63,550 nucleotides of DNA from an uncultured Gemmatimonadota bacterium (GCA_964576115.1 CAZNUA010000019.1:1-63550), one strand, 5' to 3'. Counted from the first letter of the stretch, positions 46,785 to 57,094 are shown. Numbers and translations are program-made. The notes: generated by a model from the sequence alone, not told the origin.

Positions 46785-49523
46785 TTACATCCTATTTCCA
46801 TTCTCCCTTTCCGTCTCCCCTTGCGGTGCTTTCCAGAAATCGGAAAGGGCCGGTGTCCCGGCCGCAACCGGACCAGTATAGAGAGCGGCATTGAAGAGCA
46901 CCCGGAAGCTGCCGAAAGGCTGACCTCGCCAGTGGGGCCGGAAACCGATCAGAATCACATGCCCCTCGCCGTGGACCGCATCCAGGGCGGCGGCCCGCCC
47001 CTGCAGGTGTTCCTCGCCCAGCAGGTAACCCGAGAGCAGGGGCGAGCCCTCCTCGGCATAGACCGCCAGGGCCCGGCCGCGGAAGTCTTCCGTGACGCTG
47101 AAGACCGGACTTCGGCCGATGAAAACCGGAGCCTCTTCGGGCATGCCCGCCATGACCGGGTGACTGGGATCGGTGCGGATCTCGACGATCGAGCTGCCCA
47201 GGAACAGCTCGTCGCGATCCACCCCCCGGGTCACGTCGGTCACCGGCAGGGCCAGTTCGTCCAGGGCGAAAGCGCACGAGGCATTGATGCAGACCAGGGT
47301 GCCCCCTTCGCGCACGAAGCGATCGATCGCCCGCACTCCCGCCGCCTCGATCCCACCGGTATAGCGGGCCGGCATCGTCCCGGTGGCCTGCCCCTCGATG
47401 ATCGAGGAGGAACGCTGGTCGGCCAGGATGAGCACGTCGAAACGCCGGTGCAGTTCGCCGGTCCTGATCTCGGCCGGCCGCACCCGCTCGAATTCGAAGC
47501 CGTACATCTCGAGCAGCCAGCGGGTCCAGCCCTCATCGCTCGATCCGCTCCAGGGGGCGTAGAGACCGATCCGGGGCCGGGTGACGGCCCCGGAAGCCGT
47601 GCGGCGCCGCTCGCCCCCCAGATGCAGGGTAATCTCGAGACCGCCCAGGTTGCGCAACGGCACCAGGTAGCGCCCCGCGCTGCCCGCCTCCCCCCCCTGC
47701 CCCGGCGCACCCGGCTCGTAGAACACCCGCCCGCCGGATCTGGACCAGACCGCGTTGATGGCCCGGAAGGCGTTATTGTGGGCCGGATCGAGAGCCAGGT
47801 AATCCCCCGTACCCTCGAGCCGGTCCATGACCGGCACGATCCCGGCCGCCACCGGGTGGGTATCGAAACCGGCGTCGGGGGGAGTGTCGAAAGGTGCTCC
47901 CTCGCCGGTATCCGATACCGGCGTCCCATCGACCGGCCGCAGGGCCGCACGCAGCTCGGCTCCCACCGGTTCGGTGGCCGCGATCACCCGCACCCCCATC
48001 TGCAGCGGCAGGGTCCACCCCGACACATCGTAGGGCTGATCCATCGGGCCGTCGGGAAAGGGCCGGATGTCGGGATACTCCTGCACCTCGAAGAGCTGGC
48101 GCACGAAGTTGGCGAATGGCTGCTCCATCGGAATGACCCAGGTACCGGCCGGATGTCGCAGCCCCTGGAAGGTGACTTCGCGGCTCAACTGGTGGATCTC
48201 GATGCCGTTGAAGGCCAGCCGGCGCAGCAGCTCCACCGGAGCCGCCGGATCGCGCTGATCCTGCGGGATGAAGTAGGCGAAGGGCGGTTCTTCCCCGTAG
48301 CGGGCGATAATATCGCGCCCGGCCTGGTAGCGGTTGTAGAGCAGATCGAAACGATACTTGGCGGCCACGTCGAGAACCGCCATCGAGACCGTGTGCATGT
48401 AGGCTACGGCGTCGCCCAGGCGCCACCATCCCCCCTGCCAGGGGCTGGGATAGAGAGATTCGGGGCGCAGGTCCCGCATCTGTTCGGGGAAATCGCGCAC
48501 GGTGTAGAAATGCGGCGTGGCATAGCGGTACAGCCCGGTCTCGGTCAGGAAAGAGACCACGTTGTGGAAGGAGTTGGCGTGATCCATGAAGCCGGGGTAC
48601 CAGTCGTCGAAGCCGGTCCCCATGTGGGTGGCGCCGCGCTGACCGCGCTCTTCGAGCGCCTGCGACATGGCCATGCCGACCAGGTTGACGGTACGCCACA
48701 TCAGGGGATGCACGTGGGGACTGATCGGCTCGGCGAAGGGGGGGATCCAGATCCTGGTCGGGAAGGGTGCGGTCTGGTGATGGTTGTAGAGGATCTGCGG
48801 CTCCCAGGAGCGCAGCACCCGGGTGATGGCGCGCGATTCGATCATGTTGATCATGTAACCGTCGCGGTTGTTGTCGTGCCCCACGTACTCCTGATACAGG
48901 CGGGGCATGCCCGAGACCTCATAGGGCGTGCCCAGGTTCGACTCATACCACTCGGCCAGCCAGTTCATGCCGTCGGGATTCAGGGTCGGCCAGAGGATGA
49001 AGATGACGTTATCGAGGATGGCGGCGATCTCGGGATCGGCATCGCCGGTGACCAGATCGTAGGCCAGCTGCAGGGTGTGCTGGTGCCCGGCGCACTCGCT
49101 CGAGTGCATGCCGCCGTCAATGTGCACGATCGCCCGGCCCTCTTCGGCCAGCCGGCGGGCCTCGTTGTCGGTCAGCCCCTCGGGATGGGCCAGGCGCAGG
49201 CTGATCTCGCGGTAGCGCTCCACCTCGCGCAGGTTCTCGGCCGAGGAGATGAGTGCGATCACCATCGGCAGACCGTTGGTGGTCGTGCCCACCTCGCGCA
49301 GCTCGAGCCGGTCGGTGGCGGCATCGAGTCGGCGCAGGTACTCGAGCGCAGAGTCGAAACCGGCCAGACAGAAATCGGCTCCCGGGCGGAAGCCCAGAAC
49401 CGACTCGGGGCTCGGCACGGGCCCCTGAGCCCGGACCGGGATGACCGGCAGAGCTGGAAGGGTTGCGAGAGCTGTGAGAACCAGCAGCAGGCACATGACG
49501 GCGGGGCGACGGAGCGGTCTCAT
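46785..49523 (-). CDS. Secreted M14-family zinc carboxypeptidase-like protein
   Basis: Signal peptide, 'GGMHSSE', 'NPDG', 'GHDNNRD'; paralog of 9127-11913. Confidence 0.87.
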   Translation of the reverse strand: MRPLRRPAVMCLLLVLTALATLPALPVIPVRAQGPVPSPESVLGFRPGADFCLAGFDSALEYLRRLDAATDRLELREVGTTTNGLPMVIALISSAENLREVERYREISLRLAHPEGLTDNEARRLAEEGRAIVHIDGGMHSSECAGHQHTLQLAYDLVTGDADPEIAAILDNVIFILWPTLNPDGMNWLAEWYESNLGTPYEVSGMPRLYQEYVGHDNNRDGYMINMIESRAITRVLRSWEPQILYNHHQTAPFPTRIWIPPFAEPISPHVHPLMWRTVNLVGMAMSQALEERGQRGATHMGTGFDDWYPGFMDHANSFHNVVSFLTETGLYRYATPHFYTVRDFPEQMRDLRPESLYPSPWQGGWWRLGDAVAYMHTVSMAVLDVAAKYRFDLLYNRYQAGRDIIARYGEEPPFAYFIPQDQRDPAAPVELLRRLAFNGIEIHQLSREVTFQGLRHPAGTWVIPMEQPFANFVRQLFEVQEYPDIRPFPDGPMDQPYDVSGWTLPLQMGVRVIAATEPVGAELRAALRPVDGTPVSDTGEGAPFDTPPDAGFDTHPVAAGIVPVMDRLEGTGDYLALDPAHNNAFRAINAVWSRSGGRVFYEPGAPGQGGEAGSAGRYLVPLRNLGGLEITLHLGGERRRTASGAVTRPRIGLYAPWSGSSDEGWTRWLLEMYGFEFERVRPAEIRTGELHRRFDVLILADQRSSSIIEGQATGTMPARYTGGIEAAGVRAIDRFVREGGTLVCINASCAFALDELALPVTDVTRGVDRDELFLGSSIVEIRTDPSHPVMAGMPEEAPVFIGRSPVFSVTEDFRGRALAVYAEEGSPLLSGYLLGEEHLQGRAAALDAVHGEGHVILIGFRPHWRGQPFGSFRVLFNAALYTGPVAAGTPALSDFWKAPQGETERENGNRM

Positions 49524-49646
49524 CTTCCTCTTCCTCTCAAAGGGCGGTACGTTGTACCGGACAGGTCTCAGTGCGGATTATCTGCACGAACGGGCTGCAG
49601 TGCAACGTACAGCTGAAACCGCCCGACCGTCACAGAAGGAGGGATC

Positions 49647-50270
49647 ATGTCCCGTTCCGGACGCTTTCACCTGCGCGCCTTCATCTCGATCTACCTGGTC
49701 GCGAGCGGGCTCGTCCTCGCTCTGACCGGGGTCGTCTGTTACATCAAACCGTCGGGCCGCGTGGCGAGCTGGATCGACTGGAGCTTTCTTGGTCTGGACA
49801 AGGGTGCCTGGGAAGCACTGCACACCGTCTTTGCCTTTCTCTTCGCCGCGGCCGCCGTGATTCACGTCATTCTGAACTGGAAAGCCTTCTGGAACTATAT
49901 CCGCAGTCGGGTCGAGCGGGGTCTCGACCGCCGGCTCGAACTCGCCCTGGCAACCGGCCTCACCCTCATCGTGCTCGGGCTCACCCTGGGCGGGATCTTC
50001 CCCTGCGGCACCTTCATGCGGCTGGGCGAAGCTGCCAGCGACGGCTGGGGCCGAGGGGATGCCACCCCACCGATCGCCCGGGTGGAACGCTACTCCCTGG
50101 CCACCTTCTGCCGCCTGCTCGAACTGGACCTGGATACCGCGATCGCCGAACTGCGCTCAGCCGGTCTGACCGGTGTTGATCCCGAGGTGACCGTGCGCGA
50201 CCTGGCGGCGGCCAACACCATCGCTCCACAGCGGATCGGCCGAATCCTCGACGTTGAAATCGTCCACTGA
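49647..50270 (+). CDS. DUF4405-like membrane protein
   Basis: 'LTGVVCYIKP.GRVA.W..W.FLGL.K..WEALH......H..LNW', three TMs and a helical C-terminal domain; AGGAGG RBS. Confidence 0.75.
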   Translation: MSRSGRFHLRAFISIYLVASGLVLALTGVVCYIKPSGRVASWIDWSFLGLDKGAWEALHTVFAFLFAAAAVIHVILNWKAFWNYIRSRVERGLDRRLELALATGLTLIVLGLTLGGIFPCGTFMRLGEAASDGWGRGDATPPIARVERYSLATFCRLLELDLDTAIAELRSAGLTGVDPEVTVRDLAAANTIAPQRIGRILDVEIVH

Positions 50271-50346
50271 AGGCCATAGCATATACACAGGACAATACCG
50301 CCCGGGCCCCGGTCCGATCCCGCCCCTGACAGGAGATGACAGCATC

Positions 50347-51462
50347 ATGACCCGATCGCATTCCGTGAAGTTCCTCGCCCCCCTGCTGGCCCTGCTCCTG
50401 GCCCTGCCCGTCGCCGCCCAACAGGGTCGGCAGCAACAGCAGGAAGAGACCAAGACCTTCACCGATATCCATGTCTGGGACCACACGCCGGTCAAGGATC
50501 AGGGCGGCACCAGCACTTGCTGGTGTTTCTCGGCCATCTCTTTCCTCGAATCCGAACTCCTGCGCCTGGGTCAGGACGAATACGATCTGTCGGAGATGTT
50601 CGTGGTCAATCATGTCTACAGGAATAAAGCCAACTACTACATCCGGATGCACGGCGAGAACAATTTCGCCGCGGGCGCCCTGGGGCACGATGTCTTCCAC
50701 ACCATCCGCGACCACGGTATCGTCCGCAACGAGGACTATCCCGGCCTCTGGGAGTACGAGACAGGTCACAACCATTCAGAGCTGCATCGTGTCCTGAGCG
50801 GTATCGTGAACGGCGTGCTGGCCGGCCGCGGCCCGACCCCGAAGTGGGAAACCGGCTTTCTGGCCGCCCTCGATGCCTACCTGGGTGAGAAGCCCGATGA
50901 GATCCGGGTCGGCCGCCGCACCGTGACCCCGAAGCAGTTCGCCGACGAGATCCTCGAGCTGGACGTCAGCCCCTACGTCGAGATCACCTCTTTCTCCCAC
51001 ATGCCCTTTTACGAGACCGGCTGCCTGCTCGTGCCCGACAACTGGGTCCGGGACGACAACACCTGGAACCTGCCGGTCGACGATGTCATGCGCATTCTCG
51101 AGAATTCGCTCATGAACGGCTACACCGCCGTTTACGGCGGTGACGTGAGCGAGCGCGGTTTCAACCAGGATCGGGGCTGGGCCGACTGGCGCGAAGGCGA
51201 GGAGATCACCCAGGCCGACCGCCAGCAGACCTGGGACAACTGGACCACGAGCGATGATCACGGCATGCACGTCGTCGGCATCGCCCGCGACGAGGAAGGC
51301 ACGACCTACTACCGGGTGAAGAATTCCTGGGGTTCCGAAGAAGGCCCCTACGGCGGTCACATCTACATGTCGGAGAATTACATCCGGGCCAAGTTCGACC
51401 TGATCACGGTCCACATCGACACTATCCCCGACGACATCAAGGCGAAGATGACGTTCCGATAG
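50347..51462 (+). CDS. Secreted C1-family cysteine aminopeptidase (aminopeptidase C-like)
   Basis: Signal peptide; 'VKDQGGTSTCWCFS' (catalytic Cys), 'DDHGMHVVG' (His), 'VKNSWG' (Asn). Confidence 0.9.
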   Translation: MTRSHSVKFLAPLLALLLALPVAAQQGRQQQQEETKTFTDIHVWDHTPVKDQGGTSTCWCFSAISFLESELLRLGQDEYDLSEMFVVNHVYRNKANYYIRMHGENNFAAGALGHDVFHTIRDHGIVRNEDYPGLWEYETGHNHSELHRVLSGIVNGVLAGRGPTPKWETGFLAALDAYLGEKPDEIRVGRRTVTPKQFADEILELDVSPYVEITSFSHMPFYETGCLLVPDNWVRDDNTWNLPVDDVMRILENSLMNGYTAVYGGDVSERGFNQDRGWADWREGEEITQADRQQTWDNWTTSDDHGMHVVGIARDEEGTTYYRVKNSWGSEEGPYGGHIYMSENYIRAKFDLITVHIDTIPDDIKAKMTFR

Positions 51463-51555
51463 CCATCGCGGGCGGGCACTGCCGCCCCCGCCGGATCGTT
51501 CGAACGGCTCAAAACCGGATCGAGAACCGGCTCCAACCCGAATCACTCCGTCATA

Positions 51556-51588
51556 CCCCTGCCGACCGTCTGGCCGGCAGGGGCTTTT
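51556..51588 (+). terminator. Intrinsic terminator after the C1 peptidase gene
   Basis: CCCCTGCCG-(10 nt)-CGGCAGGGG followed by CTTTT. Confidence 0.65.
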
Positions 51589-51826
51589 CCTGCTGCCCTG
51601 GTCGGTGTTGAAGATCTCCGGTGTTCCATAACGTGACAGCGCCTCCTGCAGAGCCTCGACAGAAGTCCGGGTACAACAACAGGGTGTTGTTTGAGAGCCG
51701 CCAGGCCAGAACAGCGCGTGTGGACCAGTCCACGATCGCTACGAGGCACAGAAAACCCCGTTTCAGATTACTCCTTTCGGAAAAAGTTCGTAGTGTCTTA
51801 ATGTGCCAGCATTTGAAGGAGGTGTC

Positions 51827-52630
51827 GTGAGACTCCTGAGTCGACGAACTGTAAGATGGGTTGCTTGGATTTTCTGCGTCTTGGTCGTTCTATTTGGCCT
51901 GTACTTGTCTGTCTTGTTTTTCCCCTATCCGCTGTTTCCTCATCATGTGGAGGCTGCCGGTTTCAGTGTCTACTCCGACCATGAGATTTCGGAGAGCTTC
52001 AAGCTCATCCTCGATGATGCACAGCGTCGGGTCGAAGCAATGCCATTATACAGAGCTGAAGCAATGCCCAGGATTTTTGTATGTTGCTCGCAGCGTCGCT
52101 TTGAATTCTTCGTCAAGCTTGCCGGAAAACGCCATGCAGGCCAAGGACTTCTTGTCTCGATGGCTGGAAACGCCTTCTTTTCCGAGCAAGGTATCGAAGC
52201 TGTTGCGCACCGCAATCAGACTCGCCCCGCTAACTCGAGACTCGAAGGATCATGGTCAGCAGCAATTGCCCATGAAGTAGCACACCATCTGGTATTCACT
52301 GAGGTTGGTTTACGCGGGACGAGGCGCATTCCTGTGTGGAAGTCCGAAGGCTACGCCGACTACACGGCGAATATCACCAAGCTCGGATTGGATCCAGGTA
52401 GCAAGATCCTCGATCGAATCAGACTGCTCATCGACGAAAACTCACGGCAGGGACCAACTGGAGAGATCGATCGCCGCCATTTCCGCTGGCAGGTGATGGT
52501 GGAATTCCTATGCGAGGTTAAAGGGCTAGACTTGCCAGGACTCCTGGCCATGAATGTGACAGAGTCAGACACCTGGACCGAACTTCTCGCCTGGCAGCGT
52601 CGAAACCATCGCCCTATGGAGATCCACTAG
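51827..52630 (+). CDS. Membrane-anchored gluzincin-like (HExxH) hypothetical metallopeptidase
   Basis: AAGGAGG RBS with GTG 51827; N-terminal TM; 'AHEVAHH' plus downstream 'W..EGYADY'; GC visibly lower than the flanks. Confidence 0.7.
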   Translation: MRLLSRRTVRWVAWIFCVLVVLFGLYLSVLFFPYPLFPHHVEAAGFSVYSDHEISESFKLILDDAQRRVEAMPLYRAEAMPRIFVCCSQRRFEFFVKLAGKRHAGQGLLVSMAGNAFFSEQGIEAVAHRNQTRPANSRLEGSWSAAIAHEVAHHLVFTEVGLRGTRRIPVWKSEGYADYTANITKLGLDPGSKILDRIRLLIDENSRQGPTGEIDRRHFRWQVMVEFLCEVKGLDLPGLLAMNVTESDTWTELLAWQRRNHRPMEIH

Positions 52631-52679
52631 CGGAGAATTACATCAATGATATCGCCTCGGTCCGAATGCGAGATCTTGC

Positions 52680-52860
52680 CTAACCCTCGCTTGCAGCCGT
52701 CATAACATTTCCTGTCACGGTGCCTGCGTGTGACGGCCAGGTGGTATCTCCGAAATATTCGCCCTCCGAGTTGAAAATGCGAAAGACATCGGGGACAGAG
52801 GAGGCAATGTGTTCCCCATTCAACGTGTGCGGGAGAATACCGACGCCAAAACCGCTCAGG
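52680..52860 (-). pseudogene. Possible remnant of a beta-propeller gene (C-terminal fragment)
   Basis: 'VFRIFNSEGEYFGDTTWP..AGTV' resembles 'CLVVSPEGEYLGQCYLP..SGRV' and 'YLVLSPQGEYLGITRPP' in the two intact paralogs; boundaries approximate. Confidence 0.45.
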
Positions 52861-52955
52861 CAGTTGTCAGCGGCGGTGGACTCTGTCATCCTTGCGCCCG
52901 AATACCGCACCGCTGCAACTGACGTACAGGATCCTCGACCCACAACAGGGACAAC

Positions 52956-53750
52956 ATGACACATGTGATTCCGGTCGGTCTCCTTGTCTTCGCCGTGGCT
53001 GTCGTCATGACCATGGTCGGCAAAGGAGGAGGCAATTTCTATGTCGTGATCCTGGCCCTGGCGGCTGTTCCCATGCACGAGGCTGCGACCGCCGGGCAGT
53101 TCATTCTCTTCTCCGCGTCTGTCACGGCCATGGCGGTATTCCAGAAACACGACACCATATCCTGGAAGCTGGCCCTTCTGATCGGAACCTGCACAGCGCT
53201 CGCCGCCCTCGGGGGGGGATATTTCTCTCATGCTTTCAGCGGCTTGACCCTGAAGCTGGTCTTCGCCGGCATGCTGGTGCTGGCCGGTATTGCAGTGTTG
53301 ATCCCGACAGCGGACAATCCCTCTACTCGTGAGCAGACACGTTGGGGAATCATTCCCATCACATCGGGCGGCGGAACCTACCAGATCAACATGTGGATTA
53401 CCGTGCCGGTCACACTCGCCACGGGTTTCGGGGCCGGAATGGTCGGCGTTTCGGGGGGCTCTTTCCTGGTCCCCTTGATGATCCTGGCGTGCAGGGTACC
53501 GATGCACACCGCTGTCGGAACGGCCTCGGCATTGATAGCGGCAACTGCCTTCATGGGTTTTGTCGGACATGCCGCCCGGGGGGATTTCAACCCGTCCTGG
53601 GCTGTTCCCCTGGCATGTATCGCGATTGTCGGAGGATTATTGGGTGGAAGATTCGCGTTGAAGACAAAGCCCGTACGCCTGAAACAGCTGTTTGCTCTGA
53701 CCAATTGGCTGGCAGCTCTGCTCATGCTCGCCAACGCTCTGCTTTCATAA
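52956..53750 (+). CDS. Sulfite exporter TauE/SafE family protein
   Basis: 'MVGKGGG', 'GMVGVSGGSFLVP', 'PMHTAVGTAS', about 8 TMs. Confidence 0.88.
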   Translation: MTHVIPVGLLVFAVAVVMTMVGKGGGNFYVVILALAAVPMHEAATAGQFILFSASVTAMAVFQKHDTISWKLALLIGTCTALAALGGGYFSHAFSGLTLKLVFAGMLVLAGIAVLIPTADNPSTREQTRWGIIPITSGGGTYQINMWITVPVTLATGFGAGMVGVSGGSFLVPLMILACRVPMHTAVGTASALIAATAFMGFVGHAARGDFNPSWAVPLACIAIVGGLLGGRFALKTKPVRLKQLFALTNWLAALLMLANALLS

Positions 53751-53762
53751 GGAGATCCCGCC

Positions 53763-55802
53763 ATGATCCGTCGCATCGCCTTCTCTGCGGCACGCGCTCT
53801 CGCGCTCGCAACCGTGCTGGTTTCGAGCCTGCCCGCCGGTGATGTCACCGCCCAGATCACCCAACTGCGCGAGGGACGCACCGTGGCGGGTACACTCGCC
53901 GCCGGCGATACGATCCGGTACGCGATCGAGGCCGGCGACGACTATTTCCTCTACGGCGAAGTGAATCAGATCTCGGTCGATGTCGTGGTGCGGATCCTCG
54001 ATGCCGAAGGCAATCAGATCGGGCGTTACGACACCCCTACCCGGGGCGGGGAGAAATTTACCAGACGCCTGGGAGAGGCCGGGATCTACACGATCGAGGT
54101 ACTCCCCTGTGAGGATGAAACGGGCGAGTACGAGATCATCCTCCACCGCCTGGAACCGATCGCGACCGATCCGAAAAAACTCACCGACCAGTTCATGGCC
54201 CCGTATGACGACGAGGACTCCCCGGGGGCTGCGATCCAGGTCTGGCGGGATGGCCGAACCCTGTATTCAAAGGCCTACGGCATGGCGAACCTGGCCTACG
54301 GGATCCCCTTCAGAACCGACACCCGGACCAACATCGGCTCCACCTCGAAGCAGTTCACGGCCTTCGCGATCATGCTCCAGGTCGAACGCGGCCTGCTCTC
54401 GCTCGACGACGACATCCGCAAGCACATTCCCGAAATGCCCGAATTCGAGGATACCATCACTGTCCGGCACCTGATCACCCATACCTCGGGTCTGCGGGAA
54501 TTTCTGAACCTGCTCCTCATGACGGGACGGCGGCTCGATCACGGGGACTGGATCGACCGCTCCGAAGTGATCGCCATCGTCCAGCGGCAGCCGGCCCTGC
54601 AGAACTCTCCCGGCGCGGAGTGGAACTACAACAACACCGCCTTCGGACTGGCGGCCCTCATCGTCGAACGCACCTCGGGACAGGATTTTCATGTCTTCAT
54701 GGCAGAGAACGTCTTCGGGCCGCTCGGGATGACCCGCACCATGGTCCGCCCCACTCCCGAACACATCATCCCCGGTATGTCCGAAGGCTACACGCCCGGA
54801 TCGGACGGCTTTCGCCAGATCGGAGATCTGGGCGGCGCGGTGGGAGCCGGCGGCATCTACTCCACGGTCGAGGATCTGCAGACCTGGGTGCAGAACTTCG
54901 CGGAACCGCGCGTGGGGACGAGAGAGATCTTCGATGAGATGATGACCTCGTACGTTCTGACCAACGGCGAGGAAACCGGCTACGGCTATGGGCTCTTCGT
55001 CGACGAACAGGGCGGTCTGCGACGGGTGCATCACGGGGGGGCCGATGTCGCCCACCGATCCATGCTGGTGTACTACCCCGAAATCAACGCCGGTCTGACC
55101 GTCCAGAGCAACCATGCCGGTTTCAACAGCAATGTAGCCTACGAACTCGGCGCGGAGTTTTTCGCCGACGCGATGACAGACGAGGAGGCGGCGGCGGAAA
55201 CAGCTGCGGAAGCGGGAGAAACCGAGGCGGAGTTCGATCCGGAAGCCTACGATCCGGAAGACTTCGACGAATTCGTCGGTCGCTATTCGCTCGACGCCAG
55301 TCCCGACTTCGTCCTCGCCTTCACCCGCGAGGGGGACACCTTCTACACCCAGGGAACCGGACAGTCGCGGGTCGAGATCAGGCCGACCGCAGAGGACACC
55401 TTCGAACTGGTGGGGGTCGAGGCCTCGGTCGTCTTTCAACGCAACGACGAGGGTGAAGTGGACGGGCTCACGCTCAATCAGAACGGTCAGTACCACGCCA
55501 CCCGTCTGGCCGACGATGAAGCCGCCGCCCGGGAACCGACGGTCGAGGAACTGGCCGACTATGCGGGCCGCTACTTCAGCACCGAGCTCGAGACCTTCTA
55601 TGTCATCGCGCTGGAGGAGGAAAGACTCGTCCTGCACCATCGGCGCCTGGATGAGGCGACCCTGACGGCGGGAGCCGAGGACACCTTTTCAGGCGGGGGA
55701 TTCACCTTCACCTTCGAGCGTGACCGCAACGGTGAGGTGATCGGTTTCTATCTGTCCAACGGCCGGACGCGGGATGTCCGCTTCGAACGGGTGAGGTACT
55801 GA
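53763..55802 (+). CDS. Secreted serine hydrolase (beta-lactamase/AmpC-like) with N-terminal beta-sandwich and C-terminal repeated small domains
   Basis: SxxK 'GSTSKQFTA', 'LITHTSGL', YxN 'WNYNN', 'HGG'; two C-terminal 'F/Y.GRY' repeats. Confidence 0.88.
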   Translation: MIRRIAFSAARALALATVLVSSLPAGDVTAQITQLREGRTVAGTLAAGDTIRYAIEAGDDYFLYGEVNQISVDVVVRILDAEGNQIGRYDTPTRGGEKFTRRLGEAGIYTIEVLPCEDETGEYEIILHRLEPIATDPKKLTDQFMAPYDDEDSPGAAIQVWRDGRTLYSKAYGMANLAYGIPFRTDTRTNIGSTSKQFTAFAIMLQVERGLLSLDDDIRKHIPEMPEFEDTITVRHLITHTSGLREFLNLLLMTGRRLDHGDWIDRSEVIAIVQRQPALQNSPGAEWNYNNTAFGLAALIVERTSGQDFHVFMAENVFGPLGMTRTMVRPTPEHIIPGMSEGYTPGSDGFRQIGDLGGAVGAGGIYSTVEDLQTWVQNFAEPRVGTREIFDEMMTSYVLTNGEETGYGYGLFVDEQGGLRRVHHGGADVAHRSMLVYYPEINAGLTVQSNHAGFNSNVAYELGAEFFADAMTDEEAAAETAAEAGETEAEFDPEAYDPEDFDEFVGRYSLDASPDFVLAFTREGDTFYTQGTGQSRVEIRPTAEDTFELVGVEASVVFQRNDEGEVDGLTLNQNGQYHATRLADDEAAAREPTVEELADYAGRYFSTELETFYVIALEEERLVLHHRRLDEATLTAGAEDTFSGGGFTFTFERDRNGEVIGFYLSNGRTRDVRFERVRY

Positions 55803-55816
55803 ACCGATATCGGCGG

Positions 55817-57094
55817 TCAGGGATAGACGAGGCCTTCCACGAGAGGCCGCATGGCATAGACCGTGAGCGTGAATTCTCCTGTCTCCGGATCGCTGTAATG
55901 CACCAGCTGTCTTCCCCCGACCACCGTCATGGTCCGGCTCCGGCCCATGGGCGGTCTGGTGATGCCCAGATACTCGCCTTGCGGGGAGAGCACCAGATAG
56001 CCGGCCTCCCGCTCCCGCTCGCGTTGCCCGGGAGGAGAGACCTGCTGGGTCAGAAAGAGATAGCCCCGATCGTCGAAGGTCAGGGCGCTCCACGGCACTT
56101 TCCGTTCCTTGAACCTCGTCGCGTCCCGATAGCCCTCCATGTAGACTCTGCGGTCCAGAGGCTCGTTCGGATTGTCGATGATCCGGTTATACCAATCGAT
56201 GAGAGCCCGGCGATCCGCCTCGGTGACAGCGAGGTCGCCCATTTCGATACGGATACGGCGACGGAGCCGGCCATCGAGACCGAGAATGTCCAGCCGGGGC
56301 TCTTCGGCAGCCATGGCCACGATGCCTTGAAAGGGCACAAAATACGCCCGAGGACGGAGCGAATACGGGTAATCGAGGCGCCAGTTCCTCGTCTGCCGAC
56401 CGATCGTGACCGGGCTGATATACATGTTCATGATCGGCTCGCTCTGCCAGGACCACACCGTATCGCCGGTGGTGTCCAGCCGCACGACACTGCACCAGCT
56501 GCCCCTTTCGCCGACGGTCGTCACCGGCCCGGAATGCCCCGGTGAGGAAAAGTGAAGCCGCCCCCCTTCAGATAACGGGATCAGAGCCGTTATTCCCGCC
56601 AGGGGACTGACGTCCTGATGAAAGCTGACCATATCCACCAGTTCACCGCTGCGTTTGAACCTCATGCCGCGTAACTGAGCCGAATCAAACAGGTAGAGCA
56701 CATCTCCGACCGTACAGAGGAACTGGACCAGTACATATTCTCCGGGCCCTGAGCCTCTGCGGCCGAACCGGTGATGGAACCTGCCCTCCGGGTCGAAGAC
56801 CACGATGTCCTCGTTACCGGCATCGTAGACATAGAACCAGCCCTCGGTGTCCCCGACAAAGAGGGTCGGCTCATACAGCATGGTTTCCCCGGTATCGCCT
56901 GGTTCGAGAGTCAGTTCAGGAACATAGTCGAACAGCTCGCCCTCGTACCGGGGTCCGCCGATCGTCTCGGCAATCGTGATCCCGTTTTCTTCGTATACCT
57001 CAAAGGAATAGTTCGTCTCATCGGGCACAGATGCACAGGCCTGAGATACAATGCAGACCATCGTGCCAATGAAGAGATGATTCAGCCGTTTCAT
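55817..57094 (-). CDS. 6-bladed beta-propeller lipoprotein
   Basis: Lipobox-like 'SQAC'; 'FYVYDAGNEDIVVFDPEGRFHHRFGRRGSGPGEY'; paralog of 6176-7396. Confidence 0.85.
   Translation of the reverse strand: MKRLNHLFIGTMVCIVSQACASVPDETNYSFEVYEENGITIAETIGGPRYEGELFDYVPELTLEPGDTGETMLYEPTLFVGDTEGWFYVYDAGNEDIVVFDPEGRFHHRFGRRGSGPGEYVLVQFLCTVGDVLYLFDSAQLRGMRFKRSGELVDMVSFHQDVSPLAGITALIPLSEGGRLHFSSPGHSGPVTTVGERGSWCSVVRLDTTGDTVWSWQSEPIMNMYISPVTIGRQTRNWRLDYPYSLRPRAYFVPFQGIVAMAAEEPRLDILGLDGRLRRRIRIEMGDLAVTEADRRALIDWYNRIIDNPNEPLDRRVYMEGYRDATRFKERKVPWSALTFDDRGYLFLTQQVSPPGQREREREAGYLVLSPQGEYLGITRPPMGRSRTMTVVGGRQLVHYSDPETGEFTLTVYAMRPLVEGLVYP

Noticed and set aside
46765-46800. ACTTCCTATA resembling a Firmicutes-type dif left arm
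   Set aside because: No right arm; more likely part of the AT-rich promoter region of the hit-prfB operon.
46089-49616. Very long antisense ORFs (1175 aa here; also 9193-11940, 24540-27131, 27193-29364, 14393-16243)
   Set aside because: Shadow ORFs opposite well-supported genes, expected from high-GC codon bias; no motifs.
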